From a virus (lineage: Duplodnaviria; Heunggongvirae; Uroviricota; Caudoviricetes), in IMG/VR virus record IMGVR_UViG_2541047922_000008: a stretch of DNA of 18,265 bases; one strand, written 5' to 3'. Positions within the stretch are counted from its first letter, which is position 1; every line of letters begins with the position of its first letter. The notes beneath the pieces are model-generated. The model did no database searches, was not told where the DNA came from, and saw nothing but the letters and a program-made list of their open reading frames with translations. The position numbers were made by a program, and so were the translations under genes. This document shows, piece after piece, positions 1-8,457 of this stretch.

Positions 1-180
1 TTACCCAACGCAATTAAGTGCGTCAGAATCGATTACAGCGCGTTCCTGTGGCACGTTGTTGCCGTTCTCAGCAGTGAAAGGAGAGCGTGAAAAACGCATA
101 TCTATTACTGTTGAGGGGGGGGGGTAGCGGCATATATCGCGCATATCCACGCCGTTAATCCCGATACCGTCACGGCGCAT
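1..180 (-). CDS. small hypothetical protein, 59 aa, with an internal C10 (coding-strand) tract
   Basis: Hand translation gives MRRDGIGINGVDMRDICRYPPPSTVIDMRFSRSPFTAENGNNVPQERAVIDSDALNCVG, with ATG at 178-180 and TAA at 1-3. It is one residue below the 60-aa track cutoff. GGTGGA lies 5 nt upstream of the ATG, preceded by an AT-rich region. No recognisable family. Confidence 0.3.
   Translation of the reverse strand: MRRDGIGINGVDMRDICRYPPPSTVIDMRFSRSPFTAENGNNVPQERAVIDSDALNCVG
115..124. repeat. G10 homopolymer (C10 on the minus strand)
   Basis: Counted directly: ttga-GGGGGGGGGG-tagc. It lies inside the 1-180 ORF and encodes YPPP. Confidence 0.95.
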
Positions 181-425
181 TGAGATCCACCAGAAGATTA
201 AGATAGTTTACCTGAAATTATCCAAATAATTGTTTTAACTGATTAATTTTTCGAATATCTATTGTTAGGGAATAAATCATCAGATACACCATAAAACGAC
301 ATCTTTCAGGGTGTAGAAGATGCAAAGCTGGTATTGAAGAAAAGACAAAGAATATGAATGGCTGGCCACACGATGGAAGGATTGTCCATTGAGGGATAAA
401 TCCCCGTGGTACAAGTTTTGGTAAA

Positions 426-445
426 CCCGCGCTGCGGGCTTTTTT
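426..445 (+). terminator. candidate rho-independent terminator (orphan, + strand)
   Basis: cccgc-gct-gcggg is a 5-bp all-GC stem with a triloop, followed by c + T6. No convincing upstream + strand CDS. Confidence 0.4.
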
Positions 446-476
446 GTGGACGAAACAAAAGTCAGTGCTACACTCA

Positions 477-504
477 TTGACGCCACATCGAGGTGGCTTA
501 TAGA
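477..504 (+). promoter_or_regulatory. candidate sigma70 promoter
   Basis: TTGACG (477-482), 16-nt spacer, TATAGA (499-504). It points toward the 3' end of the minus-strand cassette, and only short or dubious ORFs lie downstream. Confidence 0.3.
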
Positions 505-663
505 TGGAAATGTCACAATGAAAAAAGCATTTGCTGCACTGTTCTCTGGTGGCTTCAACTCAGGCCTTTGCCGGTCGTTGTCAGCACGACAGCGATACTG
601 CCGCTGACGGCTCCCGCTGCGGTGGGCGTTCTGCTGATTCCCGCCCGGGCGGCGGTGGCATTC

Positions 664-691
664 GTTAAAAACAAGGCCGCGAAAGCGGCCT
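664..691 (-). terminator. rho-independent terminator of the large-protein cassette
   Basis: Minus strand reads aggccgc-tttc-gcggcct followed by tgttttta. It begins 9 nt after the TGA stop (700-702) of the 104-aa gene. Confidence 0.7.
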
Positions 692-699
692 GTGACATG

Positions 700-1014
700 T
701 CACGATAGTTCCGTTTTGTTGAATTCAATTATATCAAGGTCAGAACTTTCGTAATCCTTACCGAATAAAGCAAAACATATCGCGTCAAGTTCTCTCTTAT
801 GTTTGGACGCCCGATCATAATTACCACCCCAACAGCAAATGAATCCACCAAGTACTGCTGATTCAAAAAGTAATGATGCTGCATCAATATGTCTGAACCA
901 GGAGTCTATAAGTAAAGCAGAGAGTGATATTAATGTTCCCCACCCGCCAATCCTTCTCCATTTCTCAGCTTCATATTTAAGAGAAGCAATATATTCAATT
1001 TTATCTCTCGTCAT
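700..1014 (-). CDS. small membrane protein, 104 aa, two predicted TM helices
   Basis: Hydrophobic stretches IGGWGTLISLSALLIDSWF and AASLLFESAVLGGFICCWGG. Its start overlaps the upstream stop as ATGA, with a GGTGGGGA SD. AT-rich relative to the upstream gene. Confidence 0.75.
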   Translation of the reverse strand: MTRDKIEYIASLKYEAEKWRRIGGWGTLISLSALLIDSWFRHIDAASLLFESAVLGGFICCWGGNYDRASKHKRELDAICFALFGKDYESSDLDIIEFNKTELS

Positions 1015-3770
1015 CAGTTCCCCACCGCCTTTCCAAAATCCGGTGCTCTACGTGGCGCAATAGCACCCGGTTCCCACCAACTCGTTATGTCGAACTCCCG
1101 TTGCGAGCGGTCCCTTACTCGATCATTGTAACCAGGGTTTGCCATCTCCTGAAGTTGTTGCAATATCAGGTGATTGGTTATCGCTTTCGCATACCACAGG
1201 TTTGCGAATGGGGTGATCATGCGGGCTGTTTTCAGTGCATCGGCACCGAATGATGTTTCTTCACCCTGTAGAGCCTTCTGTGGGTTAGTAATCAGTAATT
1301 TTGTTAACTGCTCTGCAAAGCTCAACACAGGGCCCCCCATAGTGGCACCGATGCTGGAGCCATATTGCGTATGGTCCTGGAAAATAAAATCACCGTAGAT
1401 ACCGAACGAACCACCTTTCAGTAAAGCCTGAACCCATGTGGTTGGTTTTGTCATATCCAGCGGATCATTACCATTTAACAAACTGTTCATCTGGATCGCA
1501 AACATACCAGCAAGAGTTGTTCCCCCGATATATGAGGCCAGAAATTTAATGGCCGGAACGGTGTCCAAATCCCGTGTTCTGTTAACAAGTTGCCGAAATC
1601 CAGCAAATGGGGTTGTTTTGAAGAGCATGAAGCTCTTCATTAACTCGCCAGCATCATCACGGGCATATGTATCAATACCCGTAGCGGTGGTCACAGCATT
1701 GGTCATCTCACCGTGCGTAATTCCCAGCAATTTCTGGGCTGCTTCAGCGCGTGCATTACGAATCATGCGCGTGATGGTCTGCTCAGCCTCAGCGTCGAAT
1801 GCTTCTTTCATCCGTTTCAGGCGTTCTGGAGGGAGATCTCCAAGGGCTGCCAGTGCCTTTTCACTCCCGGCACGAATCCGGGTAATACGGTCTGCCATAA
1901 TGTCGGCTATTACGTTATCGGGCACAGCGTAAATCGCGTCTGGCGTCATCCCCATATGCCCGGCAGTAGTCATCGGCCTGAGTTCTGCCGCTGCCATGAT
2001 GGCCCAGTCCTCATTGCTCCATCCCTTGTTAGCCAGAATGGTTTTATCGGTTCCTTTCATATCGTCCAGCGTCTTAAATTTTCTGGTCAGCTCGCCAATG
2101 TTTTTGTACATCAGGAGACCAAACGACGCTTTGTTTGCGCGGTCCATAGCGATCAGCCCGGACCACTTCAGTGTCTTCTCTGCGAACCAGCCAGTTATGC
2201 CGCGAGACAAGTCAAACCCGCCCATTTTCGAAACCACAGCAGCATGTGAATCCACCAGCAGACCGAGTTCAGCATTCGCCTTTTTGGCATCTCCACTAAA
2301 CAGGTTTTTGATAGTGTTAACGGAAAGCCGCATTCCACCACGGGTAAAGCCCAGCGCCTGCGCATTTGCCCGCATAATTGCCTGGTCGCTGGTTGCTGTC
2401 AGTACGCTGGTGCCAAGCATGGCGCTGGTCATCAGGTTACGCAGACCACCAACTGCTGAAGAGAACACACTCGATGAAGCGACACCATTTAGGCCAGCCA
2501 TTGAGTTGAACATACGGGCAACTAATTTGGCCTCATCCTCCATTTCTTTTTTGCGTTTCCCGCCTGTTACTGCGCGCTTATAGATGCGATCCAGTACCAG
2601 GGAAAAGTTTCTTTCGGCGTCCGGACCAAAGGCTTTAACGACGCCCAAATCCCTGGATGATGATTGCAGGTGCGACATCATCACCCCCACCAGCGGCTGC
2701 TGAGTGTATCGCTCCATATAGGCGAAGTGTGACTGCGCATCCTTGAACGCCATCACCCTGTGCTGAGAACCACGGCTCTTTATTCCTCCGGCTCCCATAA
2801 ATGTACCAGGCTCAATTTTGTTTGCCCCATCAGTGGCCTTCGTTTCAAAGATCGCTTCCAGTGCCTGACGGTACTCGACGTCATTCATAATGCTGCCGTC
2901 AGGATTAACGTAATTGCTGCGATCCTGCGTGTTGTAAGCGTCATCAACCCATTTCTGGCGGGCAAACTCAATCGGTGGCTGGCGACCTGAAAGACGTGCT
3001 GTAGCTTGCTCTGCCACTGGTAACGATGCCAGCCATTCTTCGCGCCCGGCATTGCGAATAAGGTCAGCATCATCCACATATGGCGTATGCCAGTCTTCTC
3101 GCAGGCCTATGTCAAAGCCATTGTCGTTCATCTCATGACGAACACGGCCTGTTACATCCTTCCAAATCTGTGCAATTTTCTTCGCCAGGGGATTCCCGGT
3201 ATCTTCGCCATATATTTCTTTCAGGATCTGGAGTTGTGCAGACTTTGCCGCCTGCCTGTCGAATACACTCCGAAACCGCTGCTCTCCAAGCGCCCTGCTC
3301 TGCTCGAAGAATTTGCGGACGTCATCACCTGCTTTTAGAAGTTCAGCACTGAGCTGACGGGACCAGTCCTGATATGCCCCAATTGCAAGCTCTTCAGCAG
3401 AAGTAACGGAGATATCAGCTTTGTCTCTCGATCGTCGGCCAGCAAAAATAAACTGCTGCAAATTAACAGGTGTCTGCTGATCAGGCGGGATGTTAGCATC
3501 GAGAGTGTCAGTAATTTTACTGATGGCGATCGCATTCTGGGCAACACGCTGTCTTTTCTTGTACACATCATGAACCACACGCTGGCGAACCAGTTCTGCA
3601 GCATCCATGTATGTTTGAGCATCAGGAATACCACTTTTGCCTTCCATTGCATTCTTTCTGTGCACTTGCCGCACAGCTTCTTTGATACGATCTTCGATAT
3701 TTTTCAGCTCATCAGCCTTTGGCTGGCGACCAAGTGTCTGCGCAATAGCTTCAACACATGCCTGTTTCAT
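1014..3770 (-). CDS. large protein (918 aa from ATG 3770) of unknown function, phage internal-virion/ejection-like
   Basis: Long ORF. I prefer ATG at 3768-3770 (GAGGA SD 7 nt upstream, TAATG overlap with the upstream stop) over the GTG at 3791 used by the track. Contains Gly-rich hydrophobic segments (SSVFSSAVGGLRNLMTSAMLGTSVLTA; GGTTLAGMFAIQ; KGGSFGIYGDFIF; ATMGGPVLSF) and long helical charged regions. No catalytic motif recognised. Confidence 0.85.
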   Translation of the reverse strand: MKQACVEAIAQTLGRQPKADELKNIEDRIKEAVRQVHRKNAMEGKSGIPDAQTYMDAAELVRQRVVHDVYKKRQRVAQNAIAISKITDTLDANIPPDQQTPVNLQQFIFAGRRSRDKADISVTSAEELAIGAYQDWSRQLSAELLKAGDDVRKFFEQSRALGEQRFRSVFDRQAAKSAQLQILKEIYGEDTGNPLAKKIAQIWKDVTGRVRHEMNDNGFDIGLREDWHTPYVDDADLIRNAGREEWLASLPVAEQATARLSGRQPPIEFARQKWVDDAYNTQDRSNYVNPDGSIMNDVEYRQALEAIFETKATDGANKIEPGTFMGAGGIKSRGSQHRVMAFKDAQSHFAYMERYTQQPLVGVMMSHLQSSSRDLGVVKAFGPDAERNFSLVLDRIYKRAVTGGKRKKEMEDEAKLVARMFNSMAGLNGVASSSVFSSAVGGLRNLMTSAMLGTSVLTATSDQAIMRANAQALGFTRGGMRLSVNTIKNLFSGDAKKANAELGLLVDSHAAVVSKMGGFDLSRGITGWFAEKTLKWSGLIAMDRANKASFGLLMYKNIGELTRKFKTLDDMKGTDKTILANKGWSNEDWAIMAAAELRPMTTAGHMGMTPDAIYAVPDNVIADIMADRITRIRAGSEKALAALGDLPPERLKRMKEAFDAEAEQTITRMIRNARAEAAQKLLGITHGEMTNAVTTATGIDTYARDDAGELMKSFMLFKTTPFAGFRQLVNRTRDLDTVPAIKFLASYIGGTTLAGMFAIQMNSLLNGNDPLDMTKPTTWVQALLKGGSFGIYGDFIFQDHTQYGSSIGATMGGPVLSFAEQLTKLLITNPQKALQGEETSFGADALKTARMITPFANLWYAKAITNHLILQQLQEMANPGYNDRVRDRSQREFDITSWWEPGAIAPRRAPDFGKAVGN

Positions 3771-5830
3771 TATGGGTTCCTCAAGAAGCACGCTGCCGCT
3801 ACAGAATAAACCTTCGATTCGTTCTGGACTGTCTTAATCTGTTCATCCAACTCAGCCAGGAGATCAGAAAGTTTTGTCGGGTTTCCGGTTTCCGGGTGAG
3901 CTATAGTCAGCTCAGGATTGGCAACAGCCATGTCCCTAGCAGCCATAAGGTCATAGCTGTTGGATGAGAGAACCTGCCCTGTATCTGGATCAACGCTGAC
4001 GTCCCCTCTGTGTTCACCAGCCGATGAGAAAGCACTTTCAGCACGAGGGACAGGCGATTCACTAATTGGCTCTGATGATGTTTCATATCTGACACCATTT
4101 TCTTCAAAAACCTTTTGTATTTCATGGTATTGCTCTTGGTAAGTATCAGATATATCTGATCGCAATGGACCATCAAGCCCTCGCGCCATCCCCCCAACAT
4201 TTACAGGCTGACCATCATTAAGTTGCCTGTATGCTTCATCCATGGCGTCAACATGGCTGTTGATGCTCTCATTGCTGGTGTGAAGCACTGGTGACGATTC
4301 AATATCGTAATGAAGCCCCTCATTCAAAATGTGGGCTGCATCAATATCGCTTGGTTTTATTCTTTCCCTCGCCCGGATACCAAAAACTTTTTCTACTGCG
4401 GCTTCCAGTTTCATATTGCGAAGACGCATACTTACGAGTAACCGTAACTGCTCAGGTGTAACGGTTCCAACCTGAATACCACTGTATCTGAATATATAGG
4501 CTTTAAAACCTGAAATAATTTTTTCCCATGATGAAACGCTTGTCTTTAGAGATGGATTTACTGCATGTGCGGCAACTTCTTCAGCGTACAACCACTCAGG
4601 ATATGTTTCAGGGTACTCACCCCTTTTCTTATATTCATAATATTGTGACATCCCATATGCAAATTCAGGATAGTCAGAATGCTTGTTTGCAGATTTAAGT
4701 ACAGCATTAGCTAGCTTTCTGGCCTTCCAGTCAGGGTAATGGCGCTGCTCAAGATGAAGCGCCTCGTGATGAAGGGTTTCTAACAGTTCTTCATGGTCTT
4801 TTAATCCATTAATATTTATTCTTATTATTGGTTCTTTTCCAGAAGCTACTGTCACATGACCTTTATTCAGAAGTATTTCTCCATCACTATTTTTTATTGC
4901 TGGTTCATTAATAAGTTCTATTACTCCTGAATCAGATAAATCACGAACCATTGACTCAATGTTACCATCAGGAGATTGCTGATAATGTTCACCAAAAGTT
5001 GATTTTATTTCTTCTGCAGAAATGTTCGACTCTGTACCATCATGGTTATTATGGGTAGTCAGGTGATGAACGCCACCAAAGACCCCGCCTAAAACGGCAT
5101 CGACTAACATCGCCTGACCGTCAAATACCCGGTACTGTTTTGCCATCTCCGTGTAGCCTTTTTCCTCCAGTGTTGCGCCGACAGAGTAACGGTTCAGTCC
5201 ACCGAATCCGGTGTTGATTGCCACACCTGAGGCAATGCGCGTTGCCAGTGTGGTGCCGACGGCAGCGGGTAAGGCCATACCCACAGCATTGAAAAGGCTT
5301 TGCTGCGTTGCCAGGTTACGCGCCGTAGCCTCGTCTACTCCCTTCCCTTTAAAATCCTGATAGGACTGCTCATACGTAGAACTGAAAGCTGTAGCAGCGC
5401 CGATGAGGGGACCGCCAAACATAGTTGTTCCGATTGCAGGAACAAATTTACCAAGCTCATTTAATACCTCAGCCGCCATTCCCTGACTGCCTGCATCAGG
5501 CTTCACATAGCTGCGGGCATCCTGTAACTGTTTTCCGATCGTGTCGTATGTATCATTCAGTGTTTTGTCAGCATCAGGGAACATCTCCCGAAAAATATTA
5601 ACAGTCGGTGCCACGTCTGCGGTAAATGCCGGATCGCTAATCAGGCGCTTGCTGAATCCGACGGCAGACTGCGCGAGACCGAGAGTCCCCTCCGCCACGC
5701 CGCTCAAAAGTGCAGTACCTGAACCCTGGAAGGGAGTCGGATCGTAGTCTTCTGGCCTTGCTGGGTTGGCAACTGTTTTGTCGTCAATCCATGCCTGACC
5801 TTCTGGAGCCAAAGAAAAAACATCAGACAT
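3770..5830 (-). CDS. large protein (686 aa) with Gly-rich hydrophobic N-terminal third and a central HEXXH (zincin-like) region
   Basis: Long ORF. GAGGG SD 7 nt upstream and a TAATG overlap with the 843-aa gene stop. N-terminal segments PAIGTTMFGGPLIGAATAF, NAVGMALPAAVGTTLATRIASGVAINTGFGG and VDAVLGGVFGGV. HEALH at residues 355-359. Confidence 0.85.
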   Translation of the reverse strand: MSDVFSLAPEGQAWIDDKTVANPARPEDYDPTPFQGSGTALLSGVAEGTLGLAQSAVGFSKRLISDPAFTADVAPTVNIFREMFPDADKTLNDTYDTIGKQLQDARSYVKPDAGSQGMAAEVLNELGKFVPAIGTTMFGGPLIGAATAFSSTYEQSYQDFKGKGVDEATARNLATQQSLFNAVGMALPAAVGTTLATRIASGVAINTGFGGLNRYSVGATLEEKGYTEMAKQYRVFDGQAMLVDAVLGGVFGGVHHLTTHNNHDGTESNISAEEIKSTFGEHYQQSPDGNIESMVRDLSDSGVIELINEPAIKNSDGEILLNKGHVTVASGKEPIIRININGLKDHEELLETLHHEALHLEQRHYPDWKARKLANAVLKSANKHSDYPEFAYGMSQYYEYKKRGEYPETYPEWLYAEEVAAHAVNPSLKTSVSSWEKIISGFKAYIFRYSGIQVGTVTPEQLRLLVSMRLRNMKLEAAVEKVFGIRARERIKPSDIDAAHILNEGLHYDIESSPVLHTSNESINSHVDAMDEAYRQLNDGQPVNVGGMARGLDGPLRSDISDTYQEQYHEIQKVFEENGVRYETSSEPISESPVPRAESAFSSAGEHRGDVSVDPDTGQVLSSNSYDLMAARDMAVANPELTIAHPETGNPTKLSDLLAELDEQIKTVQNESKVYSVAAACFLRNP
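4754..4768 (-). other. HEXXH motif (HEALH) of the 686-aa protein
   Basis: The reverse complement of 4754-4768 is CAC GAG GCG CTT CAT = H E A L H, in the context LETLHHEALHLEQRH. The motif alone does not prove a metallopeptidase. Confidence 0.55.
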
Positions 5831-8361
5831 TATTCAACCCTCACGACAATAGCTTCATTGGTTCTGGGATCTGTTGCCCAGCGTCCGCTACCATTTACCA
5901 GCCGATACCGGTTATTGCCGATATTAACTGGTGTGAAGTTTGACACTGCATTTACGTTAAGTCCGGCTTCTTTCAGTGCTTGTTTCGCAGATGTGGTATA
6001 GCGATCTTTGAAAGTAGATTTATCCATGCCGAAAGGCATTACAACGTCGCCGCCATTAAAATCCTTGTATATACCGCCAGTAGCATACTTCACGGCATCA
6101 GCAACAGTGTCTGTATCAGGCATACTGGTTCTTACCGTAGATGCATCACCTGATTGATAAGCTATTCCTGCGTAAGCGGCTTTGAAAAGGCTATAACTGA
6201 TCTGACGTAACTGCGGGTTACGGGCAAATGCGTTACCTACCTGTTTGTCGAAAGCGTCTTTCATCTTATCTTCGCTCGGCAACTGTACCGGAGTTATGCC
6301 CGCATTCTTCATGGCCTTCGTCGGATTCAGTAGTTGGTCACCGGAAAGAATAACCTTTGCAACGTCGTACTTGTTCATCGTCGGCTTATACCCGATGAAC
6401 TGACTATATGGGATCGACGGTCTGGTGTTATCGTACTGATTATCCGGCGTGCCCAGCAGCAGCGCAGAATAGGCTGTTGCCGCACTGTTCGGAGCAATTA
6501 CAGATGCCACCTGCCGTATTGCTGGCGCAGGCAGCTTCTCCCCCATGCTCTGCAACAGTTTAATTGTCTGGTCAACGTTCTGAGTGCCGCGCACCTGCTG
6601 TGCCAGCGCAGCCGCCTCTTCACTGTTGAGGATTGGGGCATTAATTCCCAACGCGCGTAAGCTTTCCTGCGACGAGAAACGGTTAGCCACCTCGGCAGTG
6701 ATGTCGTCAGGGTTGTTGCTGGTGATCGGCTTATAGGCTCCGATTTCCACCGCTGCACTAAACGGATTATTCTGCCTCTGGGTTATTACCTTCGTGGCTG
6801 CCGCCGATACCCGGTCGAATAACTCCGCACGAGACGCATACCCCTCCCCTGTCTCACCAGTATCCGGGCGTAATTGCTCAACATATGCGGTAATGCTGCT
6901 TGTCGGCATGTTGCGGAAAGAGCCTATATACTGTCCGGCGATCTGCAAATTTCTGAACTCGGTATATCGCAGGTTTCCTTCTCTGACACCATAAGCAGCA
7001 ATGAACTCACCCTCACCAGGCGGGTTAGGAAATTCAACGCCACGCATATACGCAGCCGTTGCATCGCGAACCCGGCTTTCGAGCATCGTTCTATATTCAG
7101 CCTGCTGCTGTCTGGCTAATGCATCCGTCTGTCGCAACACGCTGGCCTGATCTGATTCACTTAAAGCATCGAACCAAGCTACACCGGTATAACGTTTATT
7201 TTTTGTCGGTAGCTGAGAAAGCCCCAGTGCGGCACTAACGCCAGCGGCCAATTGCTGATCACTGTACGGCTGACTGCCTTGCTCATGATGAATAATTGCT
7301 TTGCACAGAGATTTCAGTGTGTCAGGATTTGATGCGTCAAGCGGCTGGTCAGGAGTTACACCGAGCTGAGCACATACTGCCCGTATATAAGCATCAGTTT
7401 TATTATCATCACTGGCCGGTGCCCAGCGATTAATTATTTCGCTGATGGTGTCATAACCCTGACGCTGATACGACAGCAAATTGCGACCAAGCGCGCGAAT
7501 ACCGTGTTCAGGGGTTTCGAATTTGGCAAAGCGACCATCATCACCAGTCTGCCCAACCCACGGATTAGTTTTGCTGTATTCAAGATTGCCGGGGTTATTG
7601 TTGCGTATACCGCGGGTACGATCGGAAGAGCCACTATCTGCTACAGCACGGCGAGATCCAGCAGCAGTATCGCTTAACTCGCCGTTTTGCTGTCTTACCT
7701 GAAGATAGTTTGCTCCAATAGCATTTTGAGCAGTTGCTTTTGCTGTTGCTTCTTTAAACTCGATTTTCTTGGCCTGGATTTGCTCGTCGCTCCAGCCATG
7801 CGCAATACCGTAATCCTCAATTTGCTGGAAAGTTTGCGTATTAGCCAATATGTATGCTGCGTTGTCGCCATATAATGCTGAGGCATTTTTACCATTATTC
7901 AGCAGTGTCGCCTGAAACTGGCCTTCTTCGTAGGCATTTATTTGCCCTATCTCGTACCTCCCGGCCTGCGTAGCGAACTGAATACGCTGCTGCTGCGCCT
8001 GCTGCATGAAAGCATTACGAGCCTGTTCATCCGGCAGCGACATAGCCAGTTGTTCGATCTGAGCATCAAACTGCTGTGTATACTCATGGCCTTTTCCAAT
8101 AGCATTTTTCCCTTTCAGGTTAAGCAATCCTGTTTCAGGATTATTCAGCAGATCACTGCCTGTCTGACTGAGTTTAAGGGATGCCTCCTGAACCAAGGCA
8201 ATATTGGCGCGCTGTTTTGCCTGACCAAGAACATCAATTGCCTCTGTCCCTGCCCGAACAAAAGCATCACCAATACCTGGCTGAGAAAACGTCTGCAAGC
8301 CTGCTGACTGAACTCCACGGCTCTCAACCTGGCGTCCGGATACTGTTGGTACGACTGGCAT
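5830..8361 (-). CDS. large protein (843 aa) with a central RNNNPGN-type domain, phage virion-associated cell-wall-hydrolase-like
   Basis: Long ORF with AGGGGG SD. The N-terminus is Q/A-rich and helical (MPVVPTVSGRQVESRGVQSAGLQTF...). Residues ~250-372 read RGIRNNNPGNLEYSKTNPWVGQTGDDGRFAKFETPEHGIRALGRNLLSYQRQGYDTISEIINRWAP. I recall this pattern from phage structural or putative muramidase proteins (memory, unverified). Confidence 0.85.
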   Translation of the reverse strand: MPVVPTVSGRQVESRGVQSAGLQTFSQPGIGDAFVRAGTEAIDVLGQAKQRANIALVQEASLKLSQTGSDLLNNPETGLLNLKGKNAIGKGHEYTQQFDAQIEQLAMSLPDEQARNAFMQQAQQQRIQFATQAGRYEIGQINAYEEGQFQATLLNNGKNASALYGDNAAYILANTQTFQQIEDYGIAHGWSDEQIQAKKIEFKEATAKATAQNAIGANYLQVRQQNGELSDTAAGSRRAVADSGSSDRTRGIRNNNPGNLEYSKTNPWVGQTGDDGRFAKFETPEHGIRALGRNLLSYQRQGYDTISEIINRWAPASDDNKTDAYIRAVCAQLGVTPDQPLDASNPDTLKSLCKAIIHHEQGSQPYSDQQLAAGVSAALGLSQLPTKNKRYTGVAWFDALSESDQASVLRQTDALARQQQAEYRTMLESRVRDATAAYMRGVEFPNPPGEGEFIAAYGVREGNLRYTEFRNLQIAGQYIGSFRNMPTSSITAYVEQLRPDTGETGEGYASRAELFDRVSAAATKVITQRQNNPFSAAVEIGAYKPITSNNPDDITAEVANRFSSQESLRALGINAPILNSEEAAALAQQVRGTQNVDQTIKLLQSMGEKLPAPAIRQVASVIAPNSAATAYSALLLGTPDNQYDNTRPSIPYSQFIGYKPTMNKYDVAKVILSGDQLLNPTKAMKNAGITPVQLPSEDKMKDAFDKQVGNAFARNPQLRQISYSLFKAAYAGIAYQSGDASTVRTSMPDTDTVADAVKYATGGIYKDFNGGDVVMPFGMDKSTFKDRYTTSAKQALKEAGLNVNAVSNFTPVNIGNNRYRLVNGSGRWATDPRTNEAIVVRVE
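7246..7614 (-). other. RNNNPGN-containing conserved domain inside the 843-aa protein
   Basis: The reverse complement of 7585-7605 is CGC AAC AAT AAC CCC GGC AAT = R N N N P G N. Domain limits were estimated by eye. Confidence 0.5.
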
Positions 8362-8420
8362 CAGTAACCCCCTGTTTTGAATCGTGTACCAGAATTCATA
8401 AAACCTGATTTAAATAACAT
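8361..8420 (-). CDS. 19-aa upstream ORF (MLFKSGFMNSGTRFKTGGY) coupled to the 843-aa gene
   Basis: GGAGGG SD 6 nt upstream of ATG (8418-8420). Its TGA stop overlaps the ATG of the 843-aa gene (TGATG). Too short to judge coding by composition. Confidence 0.25.
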   Translation of the reverse strand: MLFKSGFMNSGTRFKTGGY

Positions 8421-8457
8421 TGGCGTCCCTCCGCTTTGATGCTGTACCAGCGATTCA

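Noticed and set aside
255-275. ttcgaat sequence as a possible tRNA 3'-end/att remnant marking the island's left boundary
   Set aside because: There is no extended GGTTCGAATCC-type T-arm match, and the right-hand att/tRNA lies outside the window, so no direct repeat can be tested.
692-703. Perfect 12-bp palindrome GTGACATGTCAC at the stop of the 104-aa gene
   Set aside because: It is a single copy, and a few 12-bp palindromes are expected by chance in 18 kb. There is no supporting context.
280-708. 92-aa (-) and 71-aa (+) track ORFs
   Set aside because: The 92-aa ORF spans a terminator hairpin, has no SD and has odd composition. The 71-aa ORF starts at a GTG with no usable SD and runs through the cassette terminator stem. 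The region is treated as non-coding or decayed.
3771-3791. GTG start at 3791 for the 925-aa version of the last large gene
   Set aside because: The ATG at 3768-3770 has a GAGGA SD at proper spacing and forms the same TAATG stop/start overlap used at the previous junction. The 7 extra codons are probably not translated.
1174-8408. Many 60-195-aa + strand ORFs inside the three large genes (e.g. 1438-1932, 1713-2249, 1996-2583, 7942-8307)
   Set aside because: All lie antisense within long, SD-preceded, translationally coupled minus-strand genes. Their products are Ser/Arg/Cys-rich, typical of shadow frames.
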